A stretch of DNA of 64,000 nt from Limnochordia bacterium (GTDB taxonomy: Bacteria > Bacillota > Limnochordia > DTU080): contig JBMNJG010000010.1 of NCBI GenBank assembly GCA_050951545.1, positions 1 through 64,000 of the forward strand, given 5' to 3'. The position numbers and the translations under genes were made by a program. Position 1 is the stretch's first letter. The number at the start of each line of letters is the position of its first letter. The notes beneath the pieces were generated by a model. It did not search any database. It was not told where the DNA came from and saw nothing but the letters and a program-made list of their open reading frames with translations. Below are positions 1 through 10,042 of this stretch, piece by piece.

Positions 1-2
1 CT

Positions 3-935
3 GCTGATAAGTGCTTCTTGGAGGTAGCTGTGAAGGGATTCCAAGCATCCATTCAGCGGCAGAGCGGTCGACTGGGGAGCTCTAATTTGGGTAAGATCGT
101 GGCCCAGGCACTCAGGCATACTCCCCAATCCTTGGCGGTACTTATGCAGCCCAAAGAGATGATTCTGCGTGGACCCGGTAGTGTAAGCGTGGCCCGTGCC
201 GGTGCAACTGAGGCGGCTGTGACCATCACACGTTTGCATACCGCGGAATCGCTACGGGGAACTCTCACGACTCGGGATCTACCGCACGGATTGCGCGTCA
301 TCCCGCCTCAGATCGCCTATGTGCTGGAACCTGGGGAAAAACAGACCTCTCTCCAACTCGCCATAGAGCCCAGCGCAACCACCCCACCGGGAAGCTATGA
401 GCTGGTCTTGGCAGACACCGCGCACGATGAGCTGATGCTGTCGTTGCCAGTCATCGTACCGGGCTGGCGTGTCGTGGACGATTTCCGACCTCCACAAGTG
501 CATGGCTGGTTTGGGGAAGCGGCTTTCCAGGTACATGAAGAGCAGTCTGAAGGCTGGGAGTACTCCACAACAGGCGCTGATGAGTTTTTCTCTGACCCCA
601 ATCGTCTCTACCGCAGCGCAGCCAGCGAGGAGTACCTAGTCTATGACGCCCCAGGGCTCTTTGACTTCGCCCTGACCTTCTACGCTCCGGTTTCGCAGAA
701 GGAGCAGGTAGCGACCCAGATCCAAGTGTGCATGATCACCGACCAAACACACCCACAAGCCATTCCTACCGAGCTTGCCTGGACGATGCCTAATACGGGA
801 GAGTACGCCATGGGCGTCATCACGCCCAGAGAGCGGATCTTCCGTGGTGATGGGAAACTCAAGGTTACGGTGGCTGCTGGCGGGGATCCTGTATTCCCCC
901 AGCTTGGACGATTGGAGATCTCGGGTTGGCAGTAA
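3..935 (+). CDS. 5'-partial large secreted protein, C-terminal part (Ig/NEW3-like module plus conserved C-terminal domain); paralog of 966..5690
   Basis: Frame is open from the window start. The last ~270 aa align by eye with the C-terminus of the next ORF (W..D.FRxP..WFG..EQSxGWE..EExLxYDxPGLxDFxLTxYAP..PQxxRxEIxGW). Confidence 0.8.
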   Translation, partial: ADKCFLEVAVKGFQASIQRQSGRLGSSNLGKIVAQALRHTPQSLAVLMQPKEMILRGPGSVSVARAGATEAAVTITRLHTAESLRGTLTTRDLPHGLRVIPPQIAYVLEPGEKQTSLQLAIEPSATTPPGSYELVLADTAHDELMLSLPVIVPGWRVVDDFRPPQVHGWFGEAAFQVHEEQSEGWEYSTTGADEFFSDPNRLYRSAASEEYLVYDAPGLFDFALTFYAPVSQKEQVATQIQVCMITDQTHPQAIPTELAWTMPNTGEYAMGVITPRERIFRGDGKLKVTVAAGGDPVFPQLGRLEISGWQ

Positions 936-965
936 GAGAAGCTGAGAGAAAGCTGGTGACGCTTT

Positions 966-3900
966 ATGGAACGAGCCTTCACTCGCAGTGGCGTGCTCCG
1001 CTTGCTGGGCACAGGTCTCGTCACCTGTGCGTTAGTAATCCTCATGATGAGCGCGGCGTGGGCCTCTGACGAGCGCGTGTTACTGATTGGTGCCACGGGC
1101 GACAGAACGCACCGAGCTCTGACCGAGCTAGGGTATGAACCGCTGGTGGTCGCCCCTACCGCAGGAGCCCTACGCCAAGTAAACTTGTTTACCTACGGGC
1201 TGATCATCTCGGGCATTGACGTACGTCGTGATGTGCTCGACACACCCGAGGTACGCGCCAAGCTCGTAGGTGCTATCGAGCAAGGCAGTGTCTTCGTGGG
1301 TTTCCGCGACTGGGGCGGCCTCGATGCCTGGTTGCCAGTACCCGTAGAGAAGGACGCTGCCTTTGTAGTCGACACGACCGCGACGGCAGAGCATCCTATT
1401 CTGCATACACCTCACCCGCTAACGGTAAGTGCCTTGAGGCGTATCCATGCTGGCTACATGTATGATGCCTTTATCCATTTGGGGGAAGGTTGGCAGCCCA
1501 TCGTGGGCGGTCAGCAGGCTTGTGCCTGGTACATCGATCAAAGAGGCCAGCCTAAGTACCCAACCGAGATGCATTACGGCTTGATAGAGCTACCCCATGG
1601 CAGAGGGCGCATCATCCTGTGCCAGCTTATCCCGGAGCACGATTGGTTCGAGGACAACAAAGGGCGAGACAGTGCTGTCGGCAAGCTGCTTTTGGAGAAC
1701 TTGCTGCACTATGCTGTCCAACAGGTGGCCACAAAGCGTACCTATGATGACCCCCCCTCCGTGCCGGAGGCCTACGCCCCTGCATTGAGCACAGTGCTCG
1801 ATGTGGCCCGGCGTCCTGTTCAGGATCAGATGCAGCTCGACCAATGGCAAGCGGAAACCGCAGGGCTTTACGAGGTTACCTGGGACGATCGTGACCTGCT
1901 CACCGTGCGCCATCCAGACCAACCCTCGCAGCAAGGCGGCTATGCTCGCTTGAGTCGGACATTCGACGTCGAGACCACGCCCGCCGATGGGCGAACGCTT
2001 CTTTCCTTCTATTGCACGGATGATTACCAAGGTGGTCCAGAACCGCAGTATGACGGCGACCGCTCCGTCGGTCAAGTGCAGAATATGAAAGAAGGGTACC
2101 GCTTCGTTGAGGTGAGCATCGACGGCAACCTGGTATGGGAACAGGACGTGCTAGGTGCCAACCCCTATGAGTGGCCACACCTGTTCCAGACCATAGACAT
2201 TACGGAACACACACACGGCAAAGACACGATCAATGTCTGCGTCAGTGTAGTTGATCGGCGTGATAGTACTGAGCCTTTCTGGACGGATGTCTTCGTCAGC
2301 CGTGTGCAGGTGCTGCAGGGGATTGCTGGTCTGGAAGGTCCGGGCACACTGGCGGCACCCTATGCGGGCGAATTCACCCCTGCGGTCTTAGTACATGATG
2401 CACCCTCAGAGCGAAGCACTCTGGTAGCCAGACGCGAAGAAGAGTCGGCACCGCTCATGGCAGTGCGCCTGACAGCCGATGATCTTGCGACGCACTGGGT
2501 TGTGGGAGAGTCCACATCGCTTGCCAAAGGCGAGCGGCTGGTCGTAGAGCTACAGCGTGAGCCTGGAAGCCACCATGATGAGCATGTGCAAACCGTGTAC
2601 TTGTTCCCCACCTCGTATCTGGCCGATGCGCAACCCACGGTGTTACCTGACGTACGGAGTTGGTTCGCTGCCTCGCAAGCACCAGAGCGCATCAGCATGG
2701 AGGTGAAAGGCCCCGTCGGAGCAGATACTGCGGGCCCAGTGACCCACGGTGTCCCGTTTGCGCCAGGACAGGTCCTTCCTTCCCAGTTGGAGCGAGTAAA
2801 GCTGCGAAACGGCCCAGAACAGCGGGTGCCCATGCAGACTAGACCTCTGGCCTTCTGGCCCGATGGTTCAGTGAAATGGCTGTTGCTCAGCTTCCAGGGC
2901 CATCCTGGTCCCTACAGCTTGGTTCTATCAGACTGTACCGAAGAAATGCCAAAGGTACCTCTGGTACGACAAGTGGACCAGCGATCTTTCGTAGTGGATA
3001 CGGGCCGCCTGGAGATGCACCTCAACCTGCTGACAGGGGTCCAAGCAGACAAAGTGATCGTAGACGGGCATGGCGTCGGTCCCTCGGCGTTTGACCTTGC
3101 CGTAACCTACACGAATGGCCAACGGCTTTCCCTCAAAGACTCCGTCTTGGACGAGGTGCGGCTCATCGAAAACGGCAACGAGCGGGCTGTGCTATGGATG
3201 CGCGGTCACTATCTGAGAGATGGCCGCCCAGACCTGGAGTTCACGTGGCAGTGGTACTTCCACCGAGACCAGCCAGTGGCGCTCGTCGATGTGGCTTTCA
3301 CCAACCGCCTCGGCATGAAAGTGGAACTGTCTGATGTCCGCTTTCATGTGAGCGGCGATTACGGCAGGTTGCTTGGCCTACCCGCTGATGGAGGGCTGGC
3401 TGCTGCCACGAAAGACGTCTCGGTGGTGGCAGAGGAGCTCCAGTACTACGATCTAGAAGGCATCGCCGAAACCTGGTCGTTGGTCCAAAGCGACGATCGC
3501 ACCTATACGGTGCATCATGATGGAGGGGATGCCAAGAAGGGCGTGCGTTTCCCCGGCTGGCTTACCCTCAGCAATAAGGATGCCGGTTCGAGCGACATGA
3601 CCTTTGTGGCTGCGGTTCGCCATTTCTGGCAGCAAGCACCTAAGTCTGTGGCGGTCACAGATAGCGGAGTTGAATTCGGCCTGTGGGCAGCGGAAGCGGA
3701 CCAAGTGCTTCAAGTGGCCAATGGCTTTCAGAAGACCCACCAGGTCATGCTGGGATGGGTGAAGCCCGATGAGGCACCAGTCTGGCAGGCCTTGCTGTCG
3801 CAGCCCTATCTGCTAGTCGTCGATCCGCACTATCTTGCGGGCACGCAAGCTTTGGGCGTGCTATCTCTTCCCAATCCTCTGCTGTCACAGGCCTTTCCTT

Positions 3901-5690
3901 TGGGCTCCATCTATGAGAGAAGCGTATTATCCACGTATCATGGCTATCTGGAGAAAAGAGAGCAGCGAAGCGAGTATGGCATGGAATCGTTCGGCGACGA
4001 TACGTTCCAGTGGGGTTACGGCCCTGTGTACACCTTCTGGAGCAACCAGGAGTATGATCACCACTATGGATTCCTGCTCCAGTACCTGCGGGGACAGGAT
4101 GAGCGATTCTGGCAGCTTGGGGATCAAGCTGCACTGCATTACCGCGACGTGGATGTCATCCACCACTCGACCAACCCGCTGCATGTAGGAGCACCGCGCG
4201 CTCACAACACCAAGCACGTGGTAGATGAAGGCTGGTATCCCGATCACAATCTGGGGGGAGTCTCTGTTACCCATGCCTGGGTGGAGGGACTGTGGCTTCA
4301 CTACTTGCTCACGGGTGATGAGCTGACCCACGAGGCCGCTCGCCAAGCGAGTGACTGGTTTGTCGCCGAGATCGAGCGCGGACGTTGGGGAGCCGGCGGG
4401 CCAGAGCGCGGACCAGGCTGGAGCCTCATCGCTCTCACAGGAGCCTATCGAGCGACGAGCGACGAGCGATACCTGCTAGCGGCTCAAAAGGTGGCCGAAG
4501 AAGTGTACTCTCACCAAGACCCAGTGCGAGGTGTCTACTCGGTACCCATCAGTGAACAGCGCAGCTACGAGGGCGGAACGACGTTCATGACCGGGATCAT
4601 GGGGCGGGGCCTCGCTCACCTGTACTTAGAGACAGGTGACCAGCGGGCCGCCCTGGCCACAGCCCGCTTGTACGACTGGCTGACGCGCGAAGCCCGATAC
4701 CAGGACAACCAGTTCTTGTACAAACAGGCCCCGAACTGGCGGCGGCCCACTCGTGACAATCAGGTCGTCTCGCTGCTCGGCTACGGTCTGGCCTTCCGTA
4801 ACCGCAAAGAAGACTGGCCAATGATCATCCAGGCTGCCAATCTCAGTGCAAACGTGCGGAGCATGTCGTGGATGCCGGAGGCCCTCGCCATTTTCGAGCG
4901 GCTATACGGTATGTACATTCCTTTGCGGGTCGTGCACCCGGACCAGACGCCAGTGACGGTCGGACGCGAAGGCTCTGCTAAGGCGACGCTCTCTTTGGTG
5001 AGACTGCAAGCGACGCAAGCAGCGGATGGAGTGCTCTGCGTTGAAGAGCTGCCTGCTGGCATCACGGTCTCGCCACAGCGTGTGGAGTATCGGCTCGACA
5101 TCGGGCAGCAGCAGATGTCGTTTCCCGTGACAGTTGAGGTGGCACCGACCGTTGCCCCTGGTGCTTACACGCTCACCGTAAGCGATCTCACGCGAGATGA
5201 TGTATCGCTGACACTGCCTGTCAGTGTGCCCAGCTGGGGTATTACCGACTCCTTCAGAGCTCCAACGAAAAGCACGTGGTTCGGCGACTTTGAGCTCTAC
5301 TCGCGTCCTACCGAGAAGCAATCTGCTGGCTGGGAGCATGTCCAAGTGGATAACACCGACCGCCTGCAGCGCACGAGCTCATCAGAAGAGCATCTCCTAT
5401 ACGATACGCCTGGTCTGTACGATTTCACGCTGACCATCTACGCCCCACATGCACAGATGGCAGAAGTGGAGAAGCTGATCGAAATATCCACGGTGGACGG
5501 TGAAGACACCGACAAGGTGGCTACGCACATCACCTGGGAGAGAGACTCGGGTGGCGAATCCGCCAAAGGTGTCGTCACCCCACGGGAGAAGTACGTCCGC
5601 GACGATGTGAAACTGAAGGTGACTGTGCTGGCAGGCGGCAGCCCGGACGCGCCGCAATTCGCTCGCATGGAGATCAGGGGATGGCGGTAG
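966..5690 (+). CDS. 1574-aa secreted multidomain protein with a YetA/PcRGLX-like (exo-rhamnogalacturonan lyase-like) core
   Basis: Signal peptide ending AAWA. PVTHGVPF...VPMQTRPLAFWPDGSVKWLLL is the N-terminal motif typical of YetA/PcRGLX-like proteins. It is followed by a helical toroid-like region (HAWVEGLWLHYLLTGD, YRATSDERYL) and the shared C-terminal domain. Confidence 0.7.
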   Translation: MERAFTRSGVLRLLGTGLVTCALVILMMSAAWASDERVLLIGATGDRTHRALTELGYEPLVVAPTAGALRQVNLFTYGLIISGIDVRRDVLDTPEVRAKLVGAIEQGSVFVGFRDWGGLDAWLPVPVEKDAAFVVDTTATAEHPILHTPHPLTVSALRRIHAGYMYDAFIHLGEGWQPIVGGQQACAWYIDQRGQPKYPTEMHYGLIELPHGRGRIILCQLIPEHDWFEDNKGRDSAVGKLLLENLLHYAVQQVATKRTYDDPPSVPEAYAPALSTVLDVARRPVQDQMQLDQWQAETAGLYEVTWDDRDLLTVRHPDQPSQQGGYARLSRTFDVETTPADGRTLLSFYCTDDYQGGPEPQYDGDRSVGQVQNMKEGYRFVEVSIDGNLVWEQDVLGANPYEWPHLFQTIDITEHTHGKDTINVCVSVVDRRDSTEPFWTDVFVSRVQVLQGIAGLEGPGTLAAPYAGEFTPAVLVHDAPSERSTLVARREEESAPLMAVRLTADDLATHWVVGESTSLAKGERLVVELQREPGSHHDEHVQTVYLFPTSYLADAQPTVLPDVRSWFAASQAPERISMEVKGPVGADTAGPVTHGVPFAPGQVLPSQLERVKLRNGPEQRVPMQTRPLAFWPDGSVKWLLLSFQGHPGPYSLVLSDCTEEMPKVPLVRQVDQRSFVVDTGRLEMHLNLLTGVQADKVIVDGHGVGPSAFDLAVTYTNGQRLSLKDSVLDEVRLIENGNERAVLWMRGHYLRDGRPDLEFTWQWYFHRDQPVALVDVAFTNRLGMKVELSDVRFHVSGDYGRLLGLPADGGLAAATKDVSVVAEELQYYDLEGIAETWSLVQSDDRTYTVHHDGGDAKKGVRFPGWLTLSNKDAGSSDMTFVAAVRHFWQQAPKSVAVTDSGVEFGLWAAEADQVLQVANGFQKTHQVMLGWVKPDEAPVWQALLSQPYLLVVDPHYLAGTQALGVLSLPNPLLSQAFPLGSIYERSVLSTYHGYLEKREQRSEYGMESFGDDTFQWGYGPVYTFWSNQEYDHHYGFLLQYLRGQDERFWQLGDQAALHYRDVDVIHHSTNPLHVGAPRAHNTKHVVDEGWYPDHNLGGVSVTHAWVEGLWLHYLLTGDELTHEAARQASDWFVAEIERGRWGAGGPERGPGWSLIALTGAYRATSDERYLLAAQKVAEEVYSHQDPVRGVYSVPISEQRSYEGGTTFMTGIMGRGLAHLYLETGDQRAALATARLYDWLTREARYQDNQFLYKQAPNWRRPTRDNQVVSLLGYGLAFRNRKEDWPMIIQAANLSANVRSMSWMPEALAIFERLYGMYIPLRVVHPDQTPVTVGREGSAKATLSLVRLQATQAADGVLCVEELPAGITVSPQRVEYRLDIGQQQMSFPVTVEVAPTVAPGAYTLTVSDLTRDDVSLTLPVSVPSWGITDSFRAPTKSTWFGDFELYSRPTEKQSAGWEHVQVDNTDRLQRTSSSEEHLLYDTPGLYDFTLTIYAPHAQMAEVEKLIEISTVDGEDTDKVATHITWERDSGGESAKGVVTPREKYVRDDVKLKVTVLAGGSPDAPQFARMEIRGWR

Positions 5691-5729
5691 GGATTGCGAG
5701 CCCTAACCATGGTACAAGGAGGGTCAAGC

Positions 5730-7034
5730 ATGAGTACGGCGAAACCAACGTTCAACCTCTCTGACCAACGTGCTCTCGTTGTCGTTATCTGCGTCTCTGT
5801 GCTTTTTACGTTGTCCTTGTCTATGTACGCTGCTCGAAGCACCATTGAGTTTCTCTACTCCGGCGGCCAGACCTATGAGGAAGCGATTTCGGGCATCTTG
5901 GCCACTTTTGAAGAGGCCAATCCGGATGTAAAGGTCGACAGAATTCGCGTGCAAGGTAGCTATCGGGACAAACTCATCGCCCTGATGGCAGCTGGTACCG
6001 TTCCCGACGTGGTGGAGGTCGACATGCATGACATCATGGCCTTTCATGATGAACGTTTCTTCTATGATCTTGCGCCATTGGCCCAGAAGACCCCCGCCTA
6101 CCAGGTGCAACAGATTGCCACGCCGATGCTCGACATGTACACGGTCGATGGCAAGCTCGTCGCGGTCCCGAGCCTGGCCAATCCTTCGCTGTATGTGTAT
6201 AACGTAGACGTATTTGACCAGTCCGGGCTAGCCTATCCCGCTGACTTGTACAAGAAGAATGCCTGGACCTGGTCTGCCTTTCGCGATATGGCGAGAAAGG
6301 CCACTCGCAAGGAAGCCGATGGTAGGTTCTCAGTAGTGGGTGCGTCACTACACCTTCCCCGCACCTGGCTGTTTTCAAATGGAGGTGCCGAGTTCGACGA
6401 CCCTAAGAGGCCCACGCAGACCTTCTTAGATAGCGAGACAAGCCTGGAGACTATGCAGTTTCTCCACAGCATGATCTGGGAAGACCAAGCTCTACTACCA
6501 GCTGGCCGCATGCCAGCTGAGATAGGCGCCAATGACGAGATAGGCTTTAGTCAAGGCAAGATAGGAATGGCCAGTCGCTGGATCTCATCTGTTCCGGCCT
6601 ATGGCAGGGGCGCCTCTGATATCGGTCTTGTGCCCTACCCGAAAGGGCCAGGTCCGCACGGACGTTACGCAACCGACCTGGGGAGTTGGGGCATCGCTAT
6701 CACTCGACAGACAAAAGACGTAGAAGCTGCCTGGCGCTTTGTGTCGTCGATCACCGGCCCAGCAGCCTCTGCCACTTGGGCTAAGCTGCCTGGGCAGACT
6801 CCTCCTCGCCCTGTACAGCTCGCCTGGCTGCCCGAGAAGGTGCATAATCCGGGGATCTATTGGGATTTACTCTCCTACGGTACCATGCGCGTCATCTCTC
6901 GAGACCGCCTGAATCTCCAGCGGGTTATCGATGCTGGACTAAACTCCGTTTGGAGCAATATGGTTGAACCCAAGTCCGCTCTCAGTGAGATCAGTCGGCA
7001 GATACGAGCTTTTCTTAAGGAGAACCCCCAGTAG
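5730..7034 (+). CDS. ABC transporter sugar-binding protein (SBP_bac_1/8 family)
   Basis: AAGGAGG RBS before ATG 5730; signal peptide; AAGTVPDVV, YVYNVDVFDQSGLAYP, WTW and AAWRFV motifs. Confidence 0.9.
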   Translation: MSTAKPTFNLSDQRALVVVICVSVLFTLSLSMYAARSTIEFLYSGGQTYEEAISGILATFEEANPDVKVDRIRVQGSYRDKLIALMAAGTVPDVVEVDMHDIMAFHDERFFYDLAPLAQKTPAYQVQQIATPMLDMYTVDGKLVAVPSLANPSLYVYNVDVFDQSGLAYPADLYKKNAWTWSAFRDMARKATRKEADGRFSVVGASLHLPRTWLFSNGGAEFDDPKRPTQTFLDSETSLETMQFLHSMIWEDQALLPAGRMPAEIGANDEIGFSQGKIGMASRWISSVPAYGRGASDIGLVPYPKGPGPHGRYATDLGSWGIAITRQTKDVEAAWRFVSSITGPAASATWAKLPGQTPPRPVQLAWLPEKVHNPGIYWDLLSYGTMRVISRDRLNLQRVIDAGLNSVWSNMVEPKSALSEISRQIRAFLKENPQ

Positions 7035-7050
7035 CTGACCCGCAATCGCT

Positions 7051-7090
7051 AAGCGGACCGACACCTTTGGGTATCGGTCCGCTTTTCTTC
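7051..7090. terminator. Rho-independent terminator between convergent SBP genes
   Basis: AAGCGGACCGA (7051-61) / TCGGTCCGCTT (7074-84) stem followed by a T-rich tract. Confidence 0.75.
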
Positions 7091-7123
7091 TACCCCTATT
7101 TCACTCTTGTCTAGGCCACCCGC

Positions 7124-8407
7124 TCATTTCACATAGAGTTTGTCGAGCTCCACCTGCATTTGAGTCTGCATGTTCTCCAGAAAACTATCTAGCGCCAGGC
7201 CACCATTGAGAACCTGGTTGAAGGCGGGAGCAAAGAACCGGTTGATGGCTCCCTCGGCCCGCGTCAGAGTCCGCGGAAAGCCGTCGGCATCTGTTGAGGC
7301 GTCTCTCACCTGTATCAGAAAGCTACGAGTTCGCGAGTCCTGACTCCCCAGGAACTGCTCCAGTTTACGCAAAGTAGAATAGTGCCCTGGAATCCGACCT
7401 GTGGCTCTCATCATCTGCACTTGCGACTCCTCATTGAACGCCAGGAACGAGATCCAGCGGAAAGCCCAGGCCTGCTGCTCAGACGCGGCTGGCACATGGT
7501 AGGGACCAAACACCGTGGTACCGCCGCGCCGCACCGGCCCTTTTGGCTGCACCACAGCCTCGAAATCGTCCGATGTCGAAGCGAAGTAGCTATAGTTGGC
7601 GCCTGCGGCCGCCAGAGTGATTGCTGCTTCACGTTTGGTGTAGAAGCCGGCACCTGCACCTCGTGGCACACCCCAATCGCGTTGACACAGCTCGACGTAA
7701 AAGCCCAGGCCCTCGCGTACGGGTTCTGTGGTCATGAGGGCGCGCCGTGGTTCCAGATACGCATCAAACATGCTACCACCTGCCTGATGGACTGGCTGGG
7801 CGAGGTTGTAGAGTGCAGTAGAGAAACTGACGCCCCAGGTCACAGGTACACCATCACCACTAGCCTTCGTCAGGCGAGCAGCATTAGCTCGCAACCAATC
7901 CCAGTTCCACGCCCCGCCCAGACTACGCAGTGGCGCAACACCCATCTCGTCGAAGTATGTACGATTATAGGCGGCTACCACCCCAAAGAGCTGACTAGGG
8001 ATACCCAAGAGCCTGTCGCCCTTCATGAGAACTCGTCTGGCAAAGCCTAGCATCTCCCGATCGAGATTGACCCTCTCAGCCTTGACGCAAGGCATCAGGT
8101 CTGCTAGACAGTCTGCACCCGCAAAGGCCATGAAGCTACTCGTGGAATCGAGAACATCGACCTGGCTACCACCAGCTATCATGAGCTGTACCTTGGTGGT
8201 GTAATCACCCTGTTGCGCAAGCACCTCCACCTCTACTTCGGGGAATGTCTCGTGAAAGGCCACTGCCCGTTCCTTCAGGAACTGGAAAAACGGCTCACCA
8301 TGATTAGCCATTACATGAACCACTTTCACGGGCGCAGCATTCACCACTGATACGATCGCCAAGCATATCAGCAATACTGAAAGCAAGCAGGTCATCGCTC
8401 TTGTCAT
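7124..8407 (-). CDS. ABC sugar-binding protein (paralog 1 of tandem trio)
   Basis: RBS GGAGAGGAG before ATG 8407; signal peptide; IAGGSQVDVLD, YNRTYFDEMG, WNWDWL. Confidence 0.9.
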   Translation of the reverse strand: MTRAMTCLLSVLLICLAIVSVVNAAPVKVVHVMANHGEPFFQFLKERAVAFHETFPEVEVEVLAQQGDYTTKVQLMIAGGSQVDVLDSTSSFMAFAGADCLADLMPCVKAERVNLDREMLGFARRVLMKGDRLLGIPSQLFGVVAAYNRTYFDEMGVAPLRSLGGAWNWDWLRANAARLTKASGDGVPVTWGVSFSTALYNLAQPVHQAGGSMFDAYLEPRRALMTTEPVREGLGFYVELCQRDWGVPRGAGAGFYTKREAAITLAAAGANYSYFASTSDDFEAVVQPKGPVRRGGTTVFGPYHVPAASEQQAWAFRWISFLAFNEESQVQMMRATGRIPGHYSTLRKLEQFLGSQDSRTRSFLIQVRDASTDADGFPRTLTRAEGAINRFFAPAFNQVLNGGLALDSFLENMQTQMQVELDKLYVK

Positions 8408-8572
8408 CGGCTTAATCTCCTCTCCAACTGCAATCGCATCATCAATCACAGTTCGGTCGCTTTCTCAACTAGGCTCTTCCGCTTTCCTGCTGCTTCTGGC
8501 GATCGTTCATCTGGCACCCGCTACGGCCTGGAACGCATGATGTACGAGCGCCCACACCGTTGGTGTTTGGTT

Positions 8573-8703
8573 CCGCGGCTATTCCTGCCGCCATATTTCT
8601 AGTTATCTCACTTAGTGCCCGCGCAAACAACACACTCGTTTGCCTAATCACGAACGTTTTCTTGTATGCGCATTTGTGCAGCGCACAGGTAGTCATTCGA
8701 AGG
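8573..8703 (-). promoter_or_regulatory. Duplicated upstream regulatory segment, copy 1 (copy 2 at ~11333-11464), with an AACGTT-centred operator-like motif
   Basis: Collinear similarity, e.g. CGCGGCTATT.CTG.CG.CAT, TTATCTCA.TTAGTGCCC and TTTGCCTAA..A.GAACGTTTT (8652-60 vs 11411-19). Confidence 0.55.
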
Positions 8704-8727
8704 GTGGCGGAGGTATTTCACTCTCGC

Positions 8728-10023
8728 CTACTTCATGAACAGCTTATCAAGTTCCGCCTGCATCAGAGGCTGCATCGTTTCGAGGAAGTTCTCGAGAGCA
8801 GTGGTCCCCCTCAGCACATTGCTCCATGCTGGGCTAAAGAACCTTCCAATGGCCCCTTCCGCTTCGGTCAAGGTATGTGGATAGCTATCGGCATGGGTAC
8901 AGGCATCCCTAATCTGCAGAATGCCGTTACGCATGTGCGGCGCGTAGGCCCCCATGTGGGTTTCCAATCGTCGCAAGGTTGAGGGATGGCCCGGTACACG
9001 CCCCGTCACTTCCATCATCTTGGCCTGTGATTCCTCCGTCAGAGCTAGAAACGCAATCCAGCGGAAGGCCCACTCCTGCTGCTTTGAAGCGGCAGGGACA
9101 TGGAACGGTCCGAAGTAAATCATGCCGCCCGCCTGCACCGGACCCTTGGGATGGGCTACAAACTCAAACTCGTCGCTAGAGTCATCGAGATATCTGAGAT
9201 CGGAAGCTCCGATGTGCAGAGCAATGGCCGACTGGCGTTTTCCGAAATATGTCGCCGTGTTTTGGGTAGTGCCAAAGCCGCGCTGAATCAGCTCCGCGAA
9301 AAACCCCAGTCCTGTGCGCACGGGTGCAGTGTTCATCAGTGCCTTGCGGGGGTGAATGTAACTGTCGAACATGCTCCCACCCGCTTGATGAATCGCTGAT
9401 GAAATCCTGGTAAAGGCGCTGGAAAAACTCACACCATAGGTATCCGGGACACCATCACCATCGATATCCCTGGTCAGCCGCGGCCCGTTGGCCCGCAGCC
9501 AATCCCAAGACCATTGGTCTCCGATACTCCTTAGCGGCGCCATGCCCACCTCGTCAAAATACGTGCGATTATAGGAGGGAACTGGTGCATAGATCTGGCT
9601 TGGGATGCCCAGAAGCTGACCGTCTTTCAGAAGCACTGGCTTGGCAAAAGCGAGCATCTCACGATCCAAGTTGAGCTTGGCCCCCCTAGAGTAAGGCATG
9701 AGATCTGCTAGGGCGTCGGCAAACGAGAACACCATGAAGCTGTGTGTAGAGTCAAGCACATCCACGGCGATGCCACCAGCGATCATCAACTGCACCTTGG
9801 TAACGTAGTCTGCCGGTTGATAAAGAACCTCAACCTCAACACCGGGATGCTTGGCCTCAAAAGCTTCTTTCCGTTCGTTGAGGAAATTCAGGAACGGTTC
9901 GGCATGATTCGCCACCACGTGAACAACCTTCACGGGAGCCGCAAGAACTGTCCAAGACACTACCATCGTCAATAACATGACTGCCAAACCGAGAAAACCG
10001 AGAAACCTTAGCCGCCTAGTCAT
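8728..10023 (-). CDS. ABC sugar-binding protein (paralog 2)
   Basis: RBS GGGAGG; near-collinear with 7124..8407 and 11646..12944. Confidence 0.9.
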   Translation of the reverse strand: MTRRLRFLGFLGLAVMLLTMVVSWTVLAAPVKVVHVVANHAEPFLNFLNERKEAFEAKHPGVEVEVLYQPADYVTKVQLMIAGGIAVDVLDSTHSFMVFSFADALADLMPYSRGAKLNLDREMLAFAKPVLLKDGQLLGIPSQIYAPVPSYNRTYFDEVGMAPLRSIGDQWSWDWLRANGPRLTRDIDGDGVPDTYGVSFSSAFTRISSAIHQAGGSMFDSYIHPRKALMNTAPVRTGLGFFAELIQRGFGTTQNTATYFGKRQSAIALHIGASDLRYLDDSSDEFEFVAHPKGPVQAGGMIYFGPFHVPAASKQQEWAFRWIAFLALTEESQAKMMEVTGRVPGHPSTLRRLETHMGAYAPHMRNGILQIRDACTHADSYPHTLTEAEGAIGRFFSPAWSNVLRGTTALENFLETMQPLMQAELDKLFMK

Positions 10024-10042
10024 TCTAGAAAAACCTCCCTTT

